DNA of 32,000 bases. Origin: Mycobacterium tuberculosis H37Rv (GTDB lineage Bacteria > Actinomycetota > Actinomycetes > Mycobacteriales > Mycobacteriaceae). The DNA lies in NCBI RefSeq assembly GCF_000195955.2, contig NC_000962.3, forward strand, positions 1,890,001 through 1,922,000, written 5' to 3'. Numbering within the stretch: position 1 is the stretch's first letter; every line of letters begins with the position of its first letter. The notes beneath the pieces were generated by a model. That model was not told where the DNA came from, made no database searches, and saw only the letters and a list, made by a program, of their open reading frames with translations. The position numbers were made by a program, and so were the translations under genes. Of the stretch, positions 17,594-26,701 are shown in pieces.

Positions 17594-20593
17594 GTGGTGG
17601 ATCTCAATTTTTCGATGGTCACGCGACCAATCGAGCGCCTGGTGGCCACGGCGCAGAACGGTCTGGAAGTCCTGCGACTCGGGGGCCTGGAAACCGGCAG
17701 TGTTCCGTCGCCGTCCCAAATCGTTGAGAGCGTACCGATGTACAAGCTGCGGCGGTATTTTCCGCCGGACAACCGCCCGGGACAGCCACCGGTGGGTCCG
17801 CCGGTGCTGATGGTGCACCCGATGATGATGTCGGCGGACATGTGGGACGTCACCCGTGAAGACGGCGCGGTGGGGATCCTGCACGCCAGCGGGCTAGATC
17901 CCTGGGTCATCGACTTCGGCTCACCCGACGAGGTCGAGGGCGGAATGCGCCGTAACCTGGCCGACCACATCGTCGCCCTCAGCGAGGCGGTCGATACCGT
18001 CAAGGACGCCACTGGCCACGATGTGCACTTCGTCGGGTATTCGCAGGGTGGCATGTTCTGCTATCAGGCCGCGGCATACCGGCGTTCGAAGGACATCGCC
18101 AGCGTGGTCGCGTTCGGCTCGCCGGTGGACACCCTGGCCGCGTTGCCCATGGGCATCCCGGCGAACATGGGCGCTGCGGTCGCCGATTTCATGGCCGATC
18201 ACGTCTTCAATCGCTTGGATATCCCAAGCTGGATGGCGCGCATGGGTTTTCAGATGATGGACCCACTCAAAACCGCGAAGGCCCGGGTGGACTTCGTGCG
18301 TCAGTTGCACGACCGCGAGGCACTGCTGCCGCGGGAACAACAGCGCCGGTTCCTGGAATCCGAAGGATGGATCGCCTGGTCGGGCCCGGCGATCTCGGAA
18401 CTGCTCAAGCAGTTCATCGCGCACAACCGAATGATGACGGGTGGTTTCGCCATCAGCGGCCAGATGGTGACGCTTACCGATATCACTTGCCCGATACTGG
18501 CGTTCGTCGGTGAGGTCGACGACATCGGCCAGCCGGCGTCGGTACGCGGCATCCGGCGGGCCGCGCCCAACTCCGAGGTCTACGAATGTCTCATCCGGGC
18601 AGGGCATTTCGGTCTCGTCGTGGGATCCCGAGCGGCACAACAGAGCTGGCCGACCGTGGCCGACTGGGTGCGCTGGATCTCCGGCGACGGCACCAAACCG
18701 GAAAACATCCACCTGATGGCCGATCAGCCGGCCGAACACACCGATAGCGGTGTGGCTTTCAGCTCCCGGGTCGCGCACGGCATCGGGGAGGTCTCGGAGG
18801 CTGCGTTGGCGCTGGCTCGCGGCGCGGCCGACGCGGTCGTTGCGGCCAACAGATCGGTGCGCACGCTGGCGGTGGAGACGGTGCGGACGCTGCCGCGACT
18901 AGCCCGGTTGGGTCAGCTCAACGACCACACCCGGATCTCGCTGGGCCGCATCATCGACGAACAGGCACACGATGCCCCGAAGGGTGAATTCCTGTTGTTC
19001 GACGGGCGCGTGCACACCTATGAGGCGGTAAACCGGCGGATCAACAATGTCGTTCGTGGCCTCATCGCGGTCGGGGTGCGGCAGGGTGACCGTGTCGGCG
19101 TGCTGATGGAGACTCGGCCCAGCGCGCTGGTCGCCATCGCCGCGCTGTCTCGGCTGGGAGCGGTTGCCGTGGTGATGCGGCCAGACACCGACCTGTCCGC
19201 GTCGGTCCGGCTCGGGAGAGTGACCGAGATCCTGACCGACCCTACCAATCTGGATGCTGCGCGCCAGTTGCCCGGACAGGTGCTGGTGTTGGGTGGTGGT
19301 GAATCGCGTGATCTGGATCTGCCGGCCGACGCACTTGAACAGGGCCAAGTCATCGACATGGAAAAAATCGACCCGGACGCCGTCGAGTTGCCGGCGTGGT
19401 ATCGACCGAATCCCGGATTGGCGCGGGATCTGGCGTTCATCGCGTTCAGTTCGGCCGACGGCGACCTGGTGGCCAAGCAGATCACCAACTACCGCTGGGC
19501 GGTGTCGGCCTTCGGGACCGCCTCGACGGCGGCCCTCGGCCGCAGAGACACGGTGTACTGTTTGACGCCGCTGCACCATGAGTCCGCACTGTTGGTCAGC
19601 CTGGGCGGCGCGGTCGTGGGCGGAACCCGTATCGCATTGTCCCGCGGCTTGCGCCCGGACCGGTTCGTGGCCGAGGTACGCCAGTACGGCGTCACCGTCG
19701 TCTCCTACACATGGGCCATGCTGCGTGACGTGGTCGACGATCCGGCGTTCGTGTTGCACGGCAACCATCCGGTGCGGTTGTTCATCGGCTCGGGCATGCC
19801 GACCGGATTGTGGGAGCGGGTCGTCGAAGCGTTCGCACCGGCGCACGTCGTCGAGTTTTTCGCCACCACCGACGGACAGGCGGTGCTGGCCAACGTGGCT
19901 GGCGCCAAGATCGGCAGCAAGGGCCGTCCGTTGCCTGGCGCCGGACGTGTCGAACTTGGGGCCTACGACGCCGAACATGACCTGATCCTGGAGAACGACC
20001 GCGGCTTCGTGCAGGTCGCCGGTGTCAACCAGGTCGGGGTGCTGCTCGCACAATCCAGAGGGCCGATCGATCCGACCGCGTCGGTCAAACGCGGTGTCTT
20101 CGCTCCCGCCGACACCTGGATATCTACCGACTACCTATTCTGGCGTGACGACGATGGGGACTACTGGCTGGCGGGTGGACGCGGCTCGGTGGTGCGCACT
20201 GCGCGCGGGATGGTTTACACCGAGCCGGTCACCAACGCGTTGGGCCTCATCACCGGTGTCGACCTCGCGGTGACCTACGGTGTATTGGTGCGCGGTCGCC
20301 ACGTCGCGGTGTCGGCGGTGACGTTGCTGCCTGGAGCGACCATCACAGCCGCCGACTTGACCGAAGCCGTGGCGAGCATGCCGGTGGGGCTGGGACCTGA
20401 CATCGTGCACGTGGTGCCGCAGCTAACGCTCAGCGGTACTTACCGGCCAACGGTCAGCGCGTTGCGGGCCAACGGGATTCCCAAGGCGGGCCGTCAGGCA
20501 TGGTATTTCAACTCCGGCGGCAACGAGTACCGGCGGTTGACGCCGGCGGTCCGCACCGAGTTGACCGGCCAGCATCGGCGCGGCAATGCTTGA
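17594..20593 (+). CDS. Fusion of an alpha/beta hydrolase (PHA-synthase/lipase-like) and an acyl-CoA synthetase-like domain (Rv1683)
   Basis: Nucleophile elbow 'VGYSQGG'. The C-terminal half has AMP-binding-family organisation ('KGEFLLFDGRVHTYEAVNRRINNVVRGLIAVGVRQGDRVGVLMETRPSALVAIAALSRLGAVAVVM'). 999 aa from GTG 17594. Confidence 0.88.
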   Translation: MVDLNFSMVTRPIERLVATAQNGLEVLRLGGLETGSVPSPSQIVESVPMYKLRRYFPPDNRPGQPPVGPPVLMVHPMMMSADMWDVTREDGAVGILHASGLDPWVIDFGSPDEVEGGMRRNLADHIVALSEAVDTVKDATGHDVHFVGYSQGGMFCYQAAAYRRSKDIASVVAFGSPVDTLAALPMGIPANMGAAVADFMADHVFNRLDIPSWMARMGFQMMDPLKTAKARVDFVRQLHDREALLPREQQRRFLESEGWIAWSGPAISELLKQFIAHNRMMTGGFAISGQMVTLTDITCPILAFVGEVDDIGQPASVRGIRRAAPNSEVYECLIRAGHFGLVVGSRAAQQSWPTVADWVRWISGDGTKPENIHLMADQPAEHTDSGVAFSSRVAHGIGEVSEAALALARGAADAVVAANRSVRTLAVETVRTLPRLARLGQLNDHTRISLGRIIDEQAHDAPKGEFLLFDGRVHTYEAVNRRINNVVRGLIAVGVRQGDRVGVLMETRPSALVAIAALSRLGAVAVVMRPDTDLSASVRLGRVTEILTDPTNLDAARQLPGQVLVLGGGESRDLDLPADALEQGQVIDMEKIDPDAVELPAWYRPNPGLARDLAFIAFSSADGDLVAKQITNYRWAVSAFGTASTAALGRRDTVYCLTPLHHESALLVSLGGAVVGGTRIALSRGLRPDRFVAEVRQYGVTVVSYTWAMLRDVVDDPAFVLHGNHPVRLFIGSGMPTGLWERVVEAFAPAHVVEFFATTDGQAVLANVAGAKIGSKGRPLPGAGRVELGAYDAEHDLILENDRGFVQVAGVNQVGVLLAQSRGPIDPTASVKRGVFAPADTWISTDYLFWRDDDGDYWLAGGRGSVVRTARGMVYTEPVTNALGLITGVDLAVTYGVLVRGRHVAVSAVTLLPGATITAADLTEAVASMPVGLGPDIVHVVPQLTLSGTYRPTVSALRANGIPKAGRQAWYFNSGGNEYRRLTPAVRTELTGQHRRGNA

Positions 20594-20810
20594 CGAGGCG
20601 CTGCTCGCCATCCTGGTGTGCCCGGCGGATCGAGGTCCGCTCGTCTTGGTCGAGGACGGCGACATCCAGGTGCTCTATAACCCGCGGCTGCGGCGCGCCT
20701 ACCGCATCGAGGACGGTATCCCGGTTCTGCTGGTCGACGAGGCCCGCGAGGTCGACGAGGACGAGCACGCCCGCCTCATGGCGCGAGGTCGTCCGGCAGC
20801 TCCCCAGTGA
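20586..20810 (+). CDS. Trm112p/UPF0434-like small protein
   Basis: 'LLAILVCPADRGPLVLVEDGD...RRAYRIEDGIPVLLVDEAREV' matches the Trm112-like family. Overlaps the stop of the upstream gene. Confidence 0.85.
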   Translation: MLDEALLAILVCPADRGPLVLVEDGDIQVLYNPRLRRAYRIEDGIPVLLVDEAREVDEDEHARLMARGRPAAPQ

Positions 20811-21399
20811 GGTAGCGCTGCAGGTTGGGCGCGATGGTTTGCACGATCTGTTCGGCCGGCAACGAAGCAAACGGTTCGATTCTGACGATGTAGCGCGCCA
20901 TGACCACACCCATCAGTTGCGACGCGACGAACTGGGTACGGATCTTGCCGGTTCCCGGCGGGTTGTCGACGCGGGACCCAAGCTCCACGGTGACCACTTC
21001 CTCAAGGAAGGAGCGCGCCAGGCCCACGTCGGAGCCTGAGATCAAGGATCTCAGCGTCGCGATCAACCCGGCACCCAGTTCGGAATCCCAAATCGGCAGC
21101 AACAAGGACGGCAGCTTGTAACCGAGTTCCTCGACAGGCGCCTCGCGAATCGGACCGATGATGACCATCGGGTCGATCGGAATGTGGATCGCGGCGGCGA
21201 AAAGCTGCTGTTTGGTGCCGAAGTAGTGATGCACTAGTGCGGCATCAACACCGGCCTTGGCGGCCACGGCTCGGATCGATGTTCTGTCAATGCCGTTGTG
21301 CGCAAAGAGTTCTCGGGCACTGGACAGGATTCGCTCCCTAGTGTCAGAGCTGCCGGCGGGTCGCCCGGGCCGTCTGCGGCTGTTGTCCGGCGCCGCCAC
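20776..21399 (-). CDS. TetR-family transcriptional regulator
   Basis: 'TRERILSSARELFAHNGIDRTSIRAVAAKAGVDAALVHHYFGTKQQLF' is a canonical TetR HTH. GTG start at 21399. Confidence 0.93.
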   Translation of the reverse strand: MAAPDNSRRRPGRPAGSSDTRERILSSARELFAHNGIDRTSIRAVAAKAGVDAALVHHYFGTKQQLFAAAIHIPIDPMVIIGPIREAPVEELGYKLPSLLLPIWDSELGAGLIATLRSLISGSDVGLARSFLEEVVTVELGSRVDNPPGTGKIRTQFVASQLMGVVMARYIVRIEPFASLPAEQIVQTIAPNLQRYLTGELPDDLAP

Positions 21400-21400
21400 G

Positions 21401-22081
21401 CTATGACGTCCGTCGCCGCAGTGTCACCGCCGCCAGACACAGCGACGCGACCGCGAAACTCAGCACGACGACGACGTCGCGCACCGCGATACCGGTCAGC
21501 TCCGGATGCGCACCCACCTGTTGTAGCGCCTCGAGCGCGTAGCTGGCCGGCATCACGTTACTGATCCACTCCAGCCACGTCGGCATCAGTGCCCGCGGGA
21601 CGATGATGCCGGCGAGCAGCAGCTGCGGCACCATCACCAGCGGGATGAACTGTACGGCCTGAAATTCGGTGCGGGCGAAGGCACTACACAATAGACCGAG
21701 CCCGACACCCAAGACGGCGTTGACGATCGCGATCGCGAACACCCACACCGGGCTGCCCGCCGTGTCAAAGCCAAGGAACCAGAACGCCACAATGCAGGCC
21801 AGCGTGGCCTGCGCCGCCGCGGCGATCGAGAACGCGGTCCCGTAGCCGGCGAGCAGATCAAGCCGGCGTAGCGGGGTGGTCAGGATGCGCTCCAGCGTTC
21901 CCGAAGCCCTTTCGCGTTGCATGGTGATCGCCGTGATCACAAACATCACAAAGAGTGGGAACAGGCCCAGTAGCACCAGGCAAGCGGTGTTGAACCCGGA
22001 TGGGGTACCGGGGCGATGCGGGACGTTCTCGAACATGAAATACATCAGCGTGATGATCAGGATGGGTACCAGCAAGATCAT
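21401..22081 (-). CDS. ABC-2 type transporter permease (true start probably upstream, ATG 22222)
   Basis: 'ITMQRERASGTLERILTTPLRRLDLLAGYG' and hydrophobic helices. Open frame extends upstream to 22378. Confidence 0.88.
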   Translation of the reverse strand: MILLVPILIITLMYFMFENVPHRPGTPSGFNTACLVLLGLFPLFVMFVITAITMQRERASGTLERILTTPLRRLDLLAGYGTAFSIAAAAQATLACIVAFWFLGFDTAGSPVWVFAIAIVNAVLGVGLGLLCSAFARTEFQAVQFIPLVMVPQLLLAGIIVPRALMPTWLEWISNVMPASYALEALQQVGAHPELTGIAVRDVVVVLSFAVASLCLAAVTLRRRTS

Positions 22082-22152
22082 CGCGACACTGCGGTGATCA
22101 GCGGCAAGCTGCCGGAGAATCCGCGCCGTAGTGGCCGTGTAGTTCTGCAGCG

Positions 22153-22920
22153 TTAGCCGGCCGCGGGCACGGTGGTGGTGCGTCGGACGATGGACAGAAA
22201 CGCTTCCTCCAGTGATGTGCATCCGGTTTCCTTTCGTAGACGGTGCGGCGTTGTGTGGGCCAGCAGCTGCCCCTGGCGCAGAAGCAACAGATCGCCGCAG
22301 CGGTCGGCCTCGTCCATTACGTGGCTGGACACCAACAGCGTGGTGCCACGCCGCGCCAGCGCCGTGAACCGATCCCATAATTCGACGCGCAATACCGGAT
22401 CCAGGCCGATGGTCGGCTCGTCGAGCACTAGCAGATCAGGCCGGCCGACCAGCGCACACGCCAGCGAGACCCGGGCCCGCTGGCCGCCGGACAGGTTGGC
22501 ACAACGGGCGGTGCGGTGATCGCGCAGGTCCACCGCTTCGATCACCTCATCGGCGGCTTGCCTGTCGACGCCGCAGAGTTCGGCGAAGTAGCGGATGTTG
22601 TCGATCACCCGCAGGTCGTTGTAAATGGTCGGGTCCTGAGGCATGTATCCAACCCGATGGCGTAGTTCGGCTGACCCAGCCGGTTGGCCCAGCACGCTCA
22701 CCGAACCCGAGGCAATGATTTGGGAGCCAACGATGCAGCGAATCAGTGTTGTCTTGCCCGACCCGGACGGACCGAGCAGGCCGGTGATCGTGCCGCAGGC
22801 GACCCGGACCGAAACATCCTGCAGGGCAAGGCGTTTACCACGGATGACGCGCAGCTGGTCGATGATGACCGCGGGGTCGGCACCGTCGCGAAGTAATTCA
22901 TCACTTGATGAAATCATCAT
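22153..22920 (-). CDS. ABC transporter ATP-binding protein
   Basis: 'LLGPSGSGKTTLIRCI', 'LSGGQRARVSLACAL', 'LLVLDEPTIGLDP', 'LLVSSHVMDEADRC'. Confidence 0.95.
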   Translation of the reverse strand: MMISSSDELLRDGADPAVIIDQLRVIRGKRLALQDVSVRVACGTITGLLGPSGSGKTTLIRCIVGSQIIASGSVSVLGQPAGSAELRHRVGYMPQDPTIYNDLRVIDNIRYFAELCGVDRQAADEVIEAVDLRDHRTARCANLSGGQRARVSLACALVGRPDLLVLDEPTIGLDPVLRVELWDRFTALARRGTTLLVSSHVMDEADRCGDLLLLRQGQLLAHTTPHRLRKETGCTSLEEAFLSIVRRTTTVPAAG

Positions 22921-22978
22921 GTGATGAATATCCGCCAGTCGTGCGGGTTTGTCAAGGGCCGGTGCACAATCGTCTCTG

Positions 22979-23590
22979 ATGAACGCTGAGGAACTGGCGA
23001 TCGACCCGGTCGCGGCCGCGCATCGGCTGCTCGGCGCAACTATTGCCGGACGGGGTGTGCGTGCGATGGTGGTCGAGGTCGAGGCGTATGGCGGGGTGCC
23101 CGACGGTCCCTGGCCGGACGCCGCGGCGCACTCTTACCGCGGCCGCAATGGCCGCAACGACGTCATGTTCGGGCCCCCGGGGCGGCTTTACACCTACCGC
23201 AGCCATGGGATCCATGTCTGTGCCAACGTCGCGTGCGGGCCCGATGGCACGGCTGCCGCTGTGCTACTTAGGGCCGCCGCCATCGAGGACGGCGCCGAGC
23301 TCGCCACGTCTCGGCGCGGGCAGACGGTGCGCGCTGTCGCACTGGCGCGCGGCCCGGGAAACCTCTGCGCTGCCCTCGGAATCACCATGGCCGACAACGG
23401 GATTGACTTGTTTGATCCGTCCAGTCCGGTGCGGCTGAGGCTCAACGACACGCACCGTGCCAGGTCGGGGCCGCGCGTTGGGGTCAGTCAAGCCGCTGAC
23501 CGGCCGTGGCGATTGTGGCTCACGGGTCGACCGGAGGTGTCGGCCTACCGGCGAAGCTCGCGGGCACCGGCCCGGGGAGCCAGCGACTAG
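22979..23590 (+). CDS. mpg: 3-methyladenine DNA glycosylase (AAG/MPG family)
   Basis: '[10 protein letters not shown]...[59 protein letters not shown]'. Confidence 0.95.
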   Translation: MNAEELAIDPVAAAHRLLGATIAGRGVRAMVVEVEAYGGVPDGPWPDAAAHSYRGRNGRNDVMFGPPGRLYTYRSHGIHVCANVACGPDGTAAAVLLRAAAIEDGAELATSRRGQTVRAVALARGPGNLCAALGITMADNGIDLFDPSSPVRLRLNDTHRARSGPRVGVSQAADRPWRLWLTGRPEVSAYRRSSRAPARGASD

Positions 23591-23601
23591 AGTCTTGCGG
23601 G

Positions 23602-24876
23602 ATGTCTGGCATGATCCTCGATGAGCTCAGCTGGCGCGGGTTGATCGCGCAGTCGACCGACCTCGACACGTTGGCCGCCGAAGCACAGCGCGGGCCGATG
23701 ACGGTGTACGCCGGCTTCGATCCCACCGCGCCTAGCCTGCATGCCGGACATTTGGTGCCGCTGCTGACGTTGCGGCGCTTTCAGCGCGCCGGTCATCGCC
23801 CCATCGTGCTGGCCGGCGGGGCCACCGGCATGATCGGTGATCCACGTGACGTCGGCGAGCGCAGTCTCAACGAGGCCGACACCGTCGCCGAATGGACCGA
23901 ACGGATCCGTGGGCAGCTGGAGCGCTTCGTCGACTTCGACGACTCACCAATGGGCGCGATCGTCGAGAACAACCTGGAATGGACCGGCTCACTATCGGCT
24001 ATCGAGTTTCTACGTGATATCGGCAAGCACTTCTCGGTCAACGTGATGCTGGCCCGCGACACCATCCGGCGGCGTCTGGCGGGGGAGGGGATCTCTTACA
24101 CCGAATTCAGCTACCTGTTGCTGCAGGCCAACGACTACGTCGAATTGCACCGGCGCCACGGCTGCACGCTGCAGATCGGTGGTGCAGATCAGTGGGGCAA
24201 CATCATTGCCGGCGTCCGGTTGGTGCGCCAGAAGCTCGGTGCCACCGTGCATGCGCTTACCGTCCCCTTGGTGACCGCTGCCGACGGCACCAAGTTCGGC
24301 AAATCAACCGGCGGCGGGAGCCTGTGGTTGGATCCCCAAATGACCAGCCCCTATGCCTGGTACCAGTACTTCGTGAACACCGCGGACGCGGATGTGATCC
24401 GCTACCTACGGTGGTTCACCTTCTTGTCGGCCGACGAGTTGGCCGAGCTGGAACAGGCGACAGCGCAACGCCCGCAACAACGGGCCGCCCAGCGCCGGCT
24501 CGCCAGCGAGCTCACCGTCTTGGTGCATGGCGAGGCGGCGACCGCAGCCGTCGAGCATGCCAGCCGGGCACTCTTCGGTCGGGGCGAGTTGGCCCGTCTG
24601 GACGAGGCGACACTGGCTGCTGCGTTGCGGGAAACCACGGTCGCCGAACTCAAACCGGGCAGTCCCGACGGAATCGTCGACTTATTGGTGGCCAGCGGCC
24701 TGTCGGCCAGCAAGGGCGCGGCGCGGCGCACGATCCACGAGGGTGGGGTGTCGGTCAACAACATTCGGGTTGATAACGAGGAATGGGTGCCGCAAAGTTC
24801 GGACTTCTTGCACGGCCGCTGGTTAGTGCTACGTCGTGGAAAGCGGAGTATCGCCGGGGTGGAACGGATTGGCTGA
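23602..24876 (+). CDS. tyrS: Tyrosyl-tRNA synthetase
   Basis: '[26 protein letters not shown]' (HIGH-like), 'KFGKSTGG' (KMSKS-like), C-terminal S4 domain '[19 protein letters not shown]'. ATG at 23602. Confidence 0.97.
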   Translation: MSGMILDELSWRGLIAQSTDLDTLAAEAQRGPMTVYAGFDPTAPSLHAGHLVPLLTLRRFQRAGHRPIVLAGGATGMIGDPRDVGERSLNEADTVAEWTERIRGQLERFVDFDDSPMGAIVENNLEWTGSLSAIEFLRDIGKHFSVNVMLARDTIRRRLAGEGISYTEFSYLLLQANDYVELHRRHGCTLQIGGADQWGNIIAGVRLVRQKLGATVHALTVPLVTAADGTKFGKSTGGGSLWLDPQMTSPYAWYQYFVNTADADVIRYLRWFTFLSADELAELEQATAQRPQQRAAQRRLASELTVLVHGEAATAAVEHASRALFGRGELARLDEATLAAALRETTVAELKPGSPDGIVDLLVASGLSASKGAARRTIHEGGVSVNNIRVDNEEWVPQSSDFLHGRWLVLRRGKRSIAGVERIG

Positions 24877-24961
24877 GCCGAGCCACCACGTCCTCGACGT
24901 CCTCGGGTCCCAAGGTGATATGCGACGTGAGCGGCCCATGGAATATCGCTGGGCGGTAGGG

Positions 24962-25190
24962 GAGGGCCAGCGGGGGATCTTATCTCGAGGGATGGGGTGG
25001 GGATGCATCGATAAGCCCCCCGCTGAAGCCTGGGGTTCGACGGGGATCTCAGACTTGGGGGGATTGGGAGGTGATGAGACCCCCGTCGAAGTCTAGTGCG
25101 TTGACCTCACTCGGCGGTGTCGCCGGCGTGGAACAACGGGATCGAGTACGTGGTCTCGCTCTCACTAAACAGCTGTGCGTGTGACAACGG
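24962..25190 (-). ncRNA. Intergenic small RNA, probably G2 / ncRv11689c; boundaries recalled rather than derived
   Basis: Two strong hairpins (25036-25090 and 24969-25024) separated by 11 nt. Loops are C-rich when read on the minus strand. The 3' boundary falls just past the second stem. Location and strand match my recollection of the published sRNA G2 between Rv1689 and Rv1690. Confidence 0.65.
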
Positions 25191-25526
25191 GTCATCATCC
25201 TTTCATGTGACAGGCGAGCGGCGTTGCGTTGTAGTCGATTTCCACTTCCTGACTTATCTTTGGCGGGTTTGGACTCCGCTGGTATCCCACGACTAGTCGG
25301 TGGCCGGGGGAAATGCCGAATCCCGCATCCGGTGGATCGTGAAGTCCACCAATCGGGGGACGATCGGCCCGCGGTGCCCCCCTACCCGGTTAACGCGCAC
25401 ACATTCCACACGAAACGCGTTAGTGTGCAAACCTTTATCCCACTGTGCTGTGAACGTGACTCTTGTTGGCCACTGTTGTCGAGGTGCCTTAAATGACGCA
25501 AGTGCGACAACAACGAGAAGCGGGAG

Positions 25527-25910
25527 ATGACGGCACACACACACGACGGGACACGGACCTGGCGAACGGGCCGGCAGGCGACGACGTTGCTCGCGTTGCT
25601 GGCCGGGGTGTTTGGTGGTGCCGCGAGCTGCGCGGCGCCGATCCAGGCCGACATGATGGGTAACGCATTCCTGACAGCGTTGACCAACGCCGGCATTGCC
25701 TATGACCAACCGGCGACCACGGTGGCGCTAGGCAGATCGGTTTGTCCGATGGTGGTTGCGCCGGGCGGGACGTTCGAATCGATCACGTCCAGAATGGCTG
25801 AGATCAATGGCATGTCGCGTGATATGGCGAGTACGTTCACCATTGTCGCGATTGGGACGTATTGCCCGGCGGTGATTGCGCCGCTGATGCCTAACCGGTT
25901 ACAGGCCTGA
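25527..25910 (+). CDS. lprJ: Lipoprotein LprJ (DUF732-like)
   Basis: Lipobox 'LAGVFGGAASCA'; DUF732-like 'NAFLTALTNAGIAYDQPAT...VCPMVVAPGGTF'-type C-terminus; RBS 'cgggag' before the ATG. Confidence 0.9.
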   Translation: MTAHTHDGTRTWRTGRQATTLLALLAGVFGGAASCAAPIQADMMGNAFLTALTNAGIAYDQPATTVALGRSVCPMVVAPGGTFESITSRMAEINGMSRDMASTFTIVAIGTYCPAVIAPLMPNRLQA

Positions 25911-25948
25911 TAGTTACGGGGCGCAGCAACCCCCGTAACCTCTACCGA

Positions 25949-26701
25949 GTGGTCGACGACAGGCAAGGGCGCAGGGGCGGGCGACGACCGCGCTCGGCTG
26001 CCGCCGACAACCGACCTGCGTTCCGGGATGGGCCCGCGATTCCGCCGGGTATCCACGCCAGGCAACTGGCGCCCGAGATCCGGCGCGAACTGAGCACCTT
26101 GGACCGTGCCACGGCCGACGCGGTGGCATGTCACCTAGTAGCTGCCGGCGAGTTGATCGACGACGACCCAGAAGCCGCTCTGCGCCACGCGCGGGCGGCG
26201 CGGGTTCGGGCCAGCAGGATCGCCGCTGTGCGCGAAGCTGTCGGAATCGCCGCCTACCGCTGCGGCGATTGGGCGCAGGCGTTGGCCGAATTGCGGGCAG
26301 CCCGAAGAATGGGGAGCAAGTCCCCCCTGCTTGCGCTGATCGCGGATTGCGAACGCGGTCTGGGCCGGCCGCAGCGGGCCATCGAATTGGCGCGCGGGTC
26401 CGAGGCGGTCGAGCTCAGCGGTGACGCCGCCGACGAGTTGCGCATCGTCGCCGCCGGCGCGCGCGCCGATCTCGGGCAACTGGAGCAGGCGTTGACGGTG
26501 TTGTCCACGCCGCAGCTCGACCCGGGCCGTACGGGTTCGACCGCGGCGCGCCTGTTCTACGCCTACGCTGAAATACTGCTGGCGTTGGGCCGTGGCGACG
26601 AGGCCCTGCAATGGTTCCTACGGTCCGCGGCGGCGGACATCGACGGCGTCACCGACGCCGAAGATCGGGTAGACGAGCTAGGCGCACGAGAACAGAAATG
26701 A
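25949..26701 (+). CDS. TPR-like protein (Rv1691 equivalent)
   Basis: 'AAGELIDDDPEAALRHARAARVRASRIAAVREAVGIAAYRCGDWAQALAELRAARRM' shows TPR-like helix pairs. Confidence 0.85.
   Translation: MVDDRQGRRGGRRPRSAAADNRPAFRDGPAIPPGIHARQLAPEIRRELSTLDRATADAVACHLVAAGELIDDDPEAALRHARAARVRASRIAAVREAVGIAAYRCGDWAQALAELRAARRMGSKSPLLALIADCERGLGRPQRAIELARGSEAVELSGDAADELRIVAAGARADLGQLEQALTVLSTPQLDPGRTGSTAARLFYAYAEILLALGRGDEALQWFLRSAAADIDGVTDAEDRVDELGAREQK

Noticed and set aside
18899-20053. 384-aa minus-strand ORF antisense to Rv1683
   Set aside because: It is composition-driven shadow coding in a high-GC gene. The plus-strand frame has clear domain homology and this one has none.
25036-25094. Rho-independent terminator of tyrS
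   Set aside because: The stem is strong but has a 25-nt loop and no T-run on either strand. The paired-hairpin arrangement fits a structured sRNA better.
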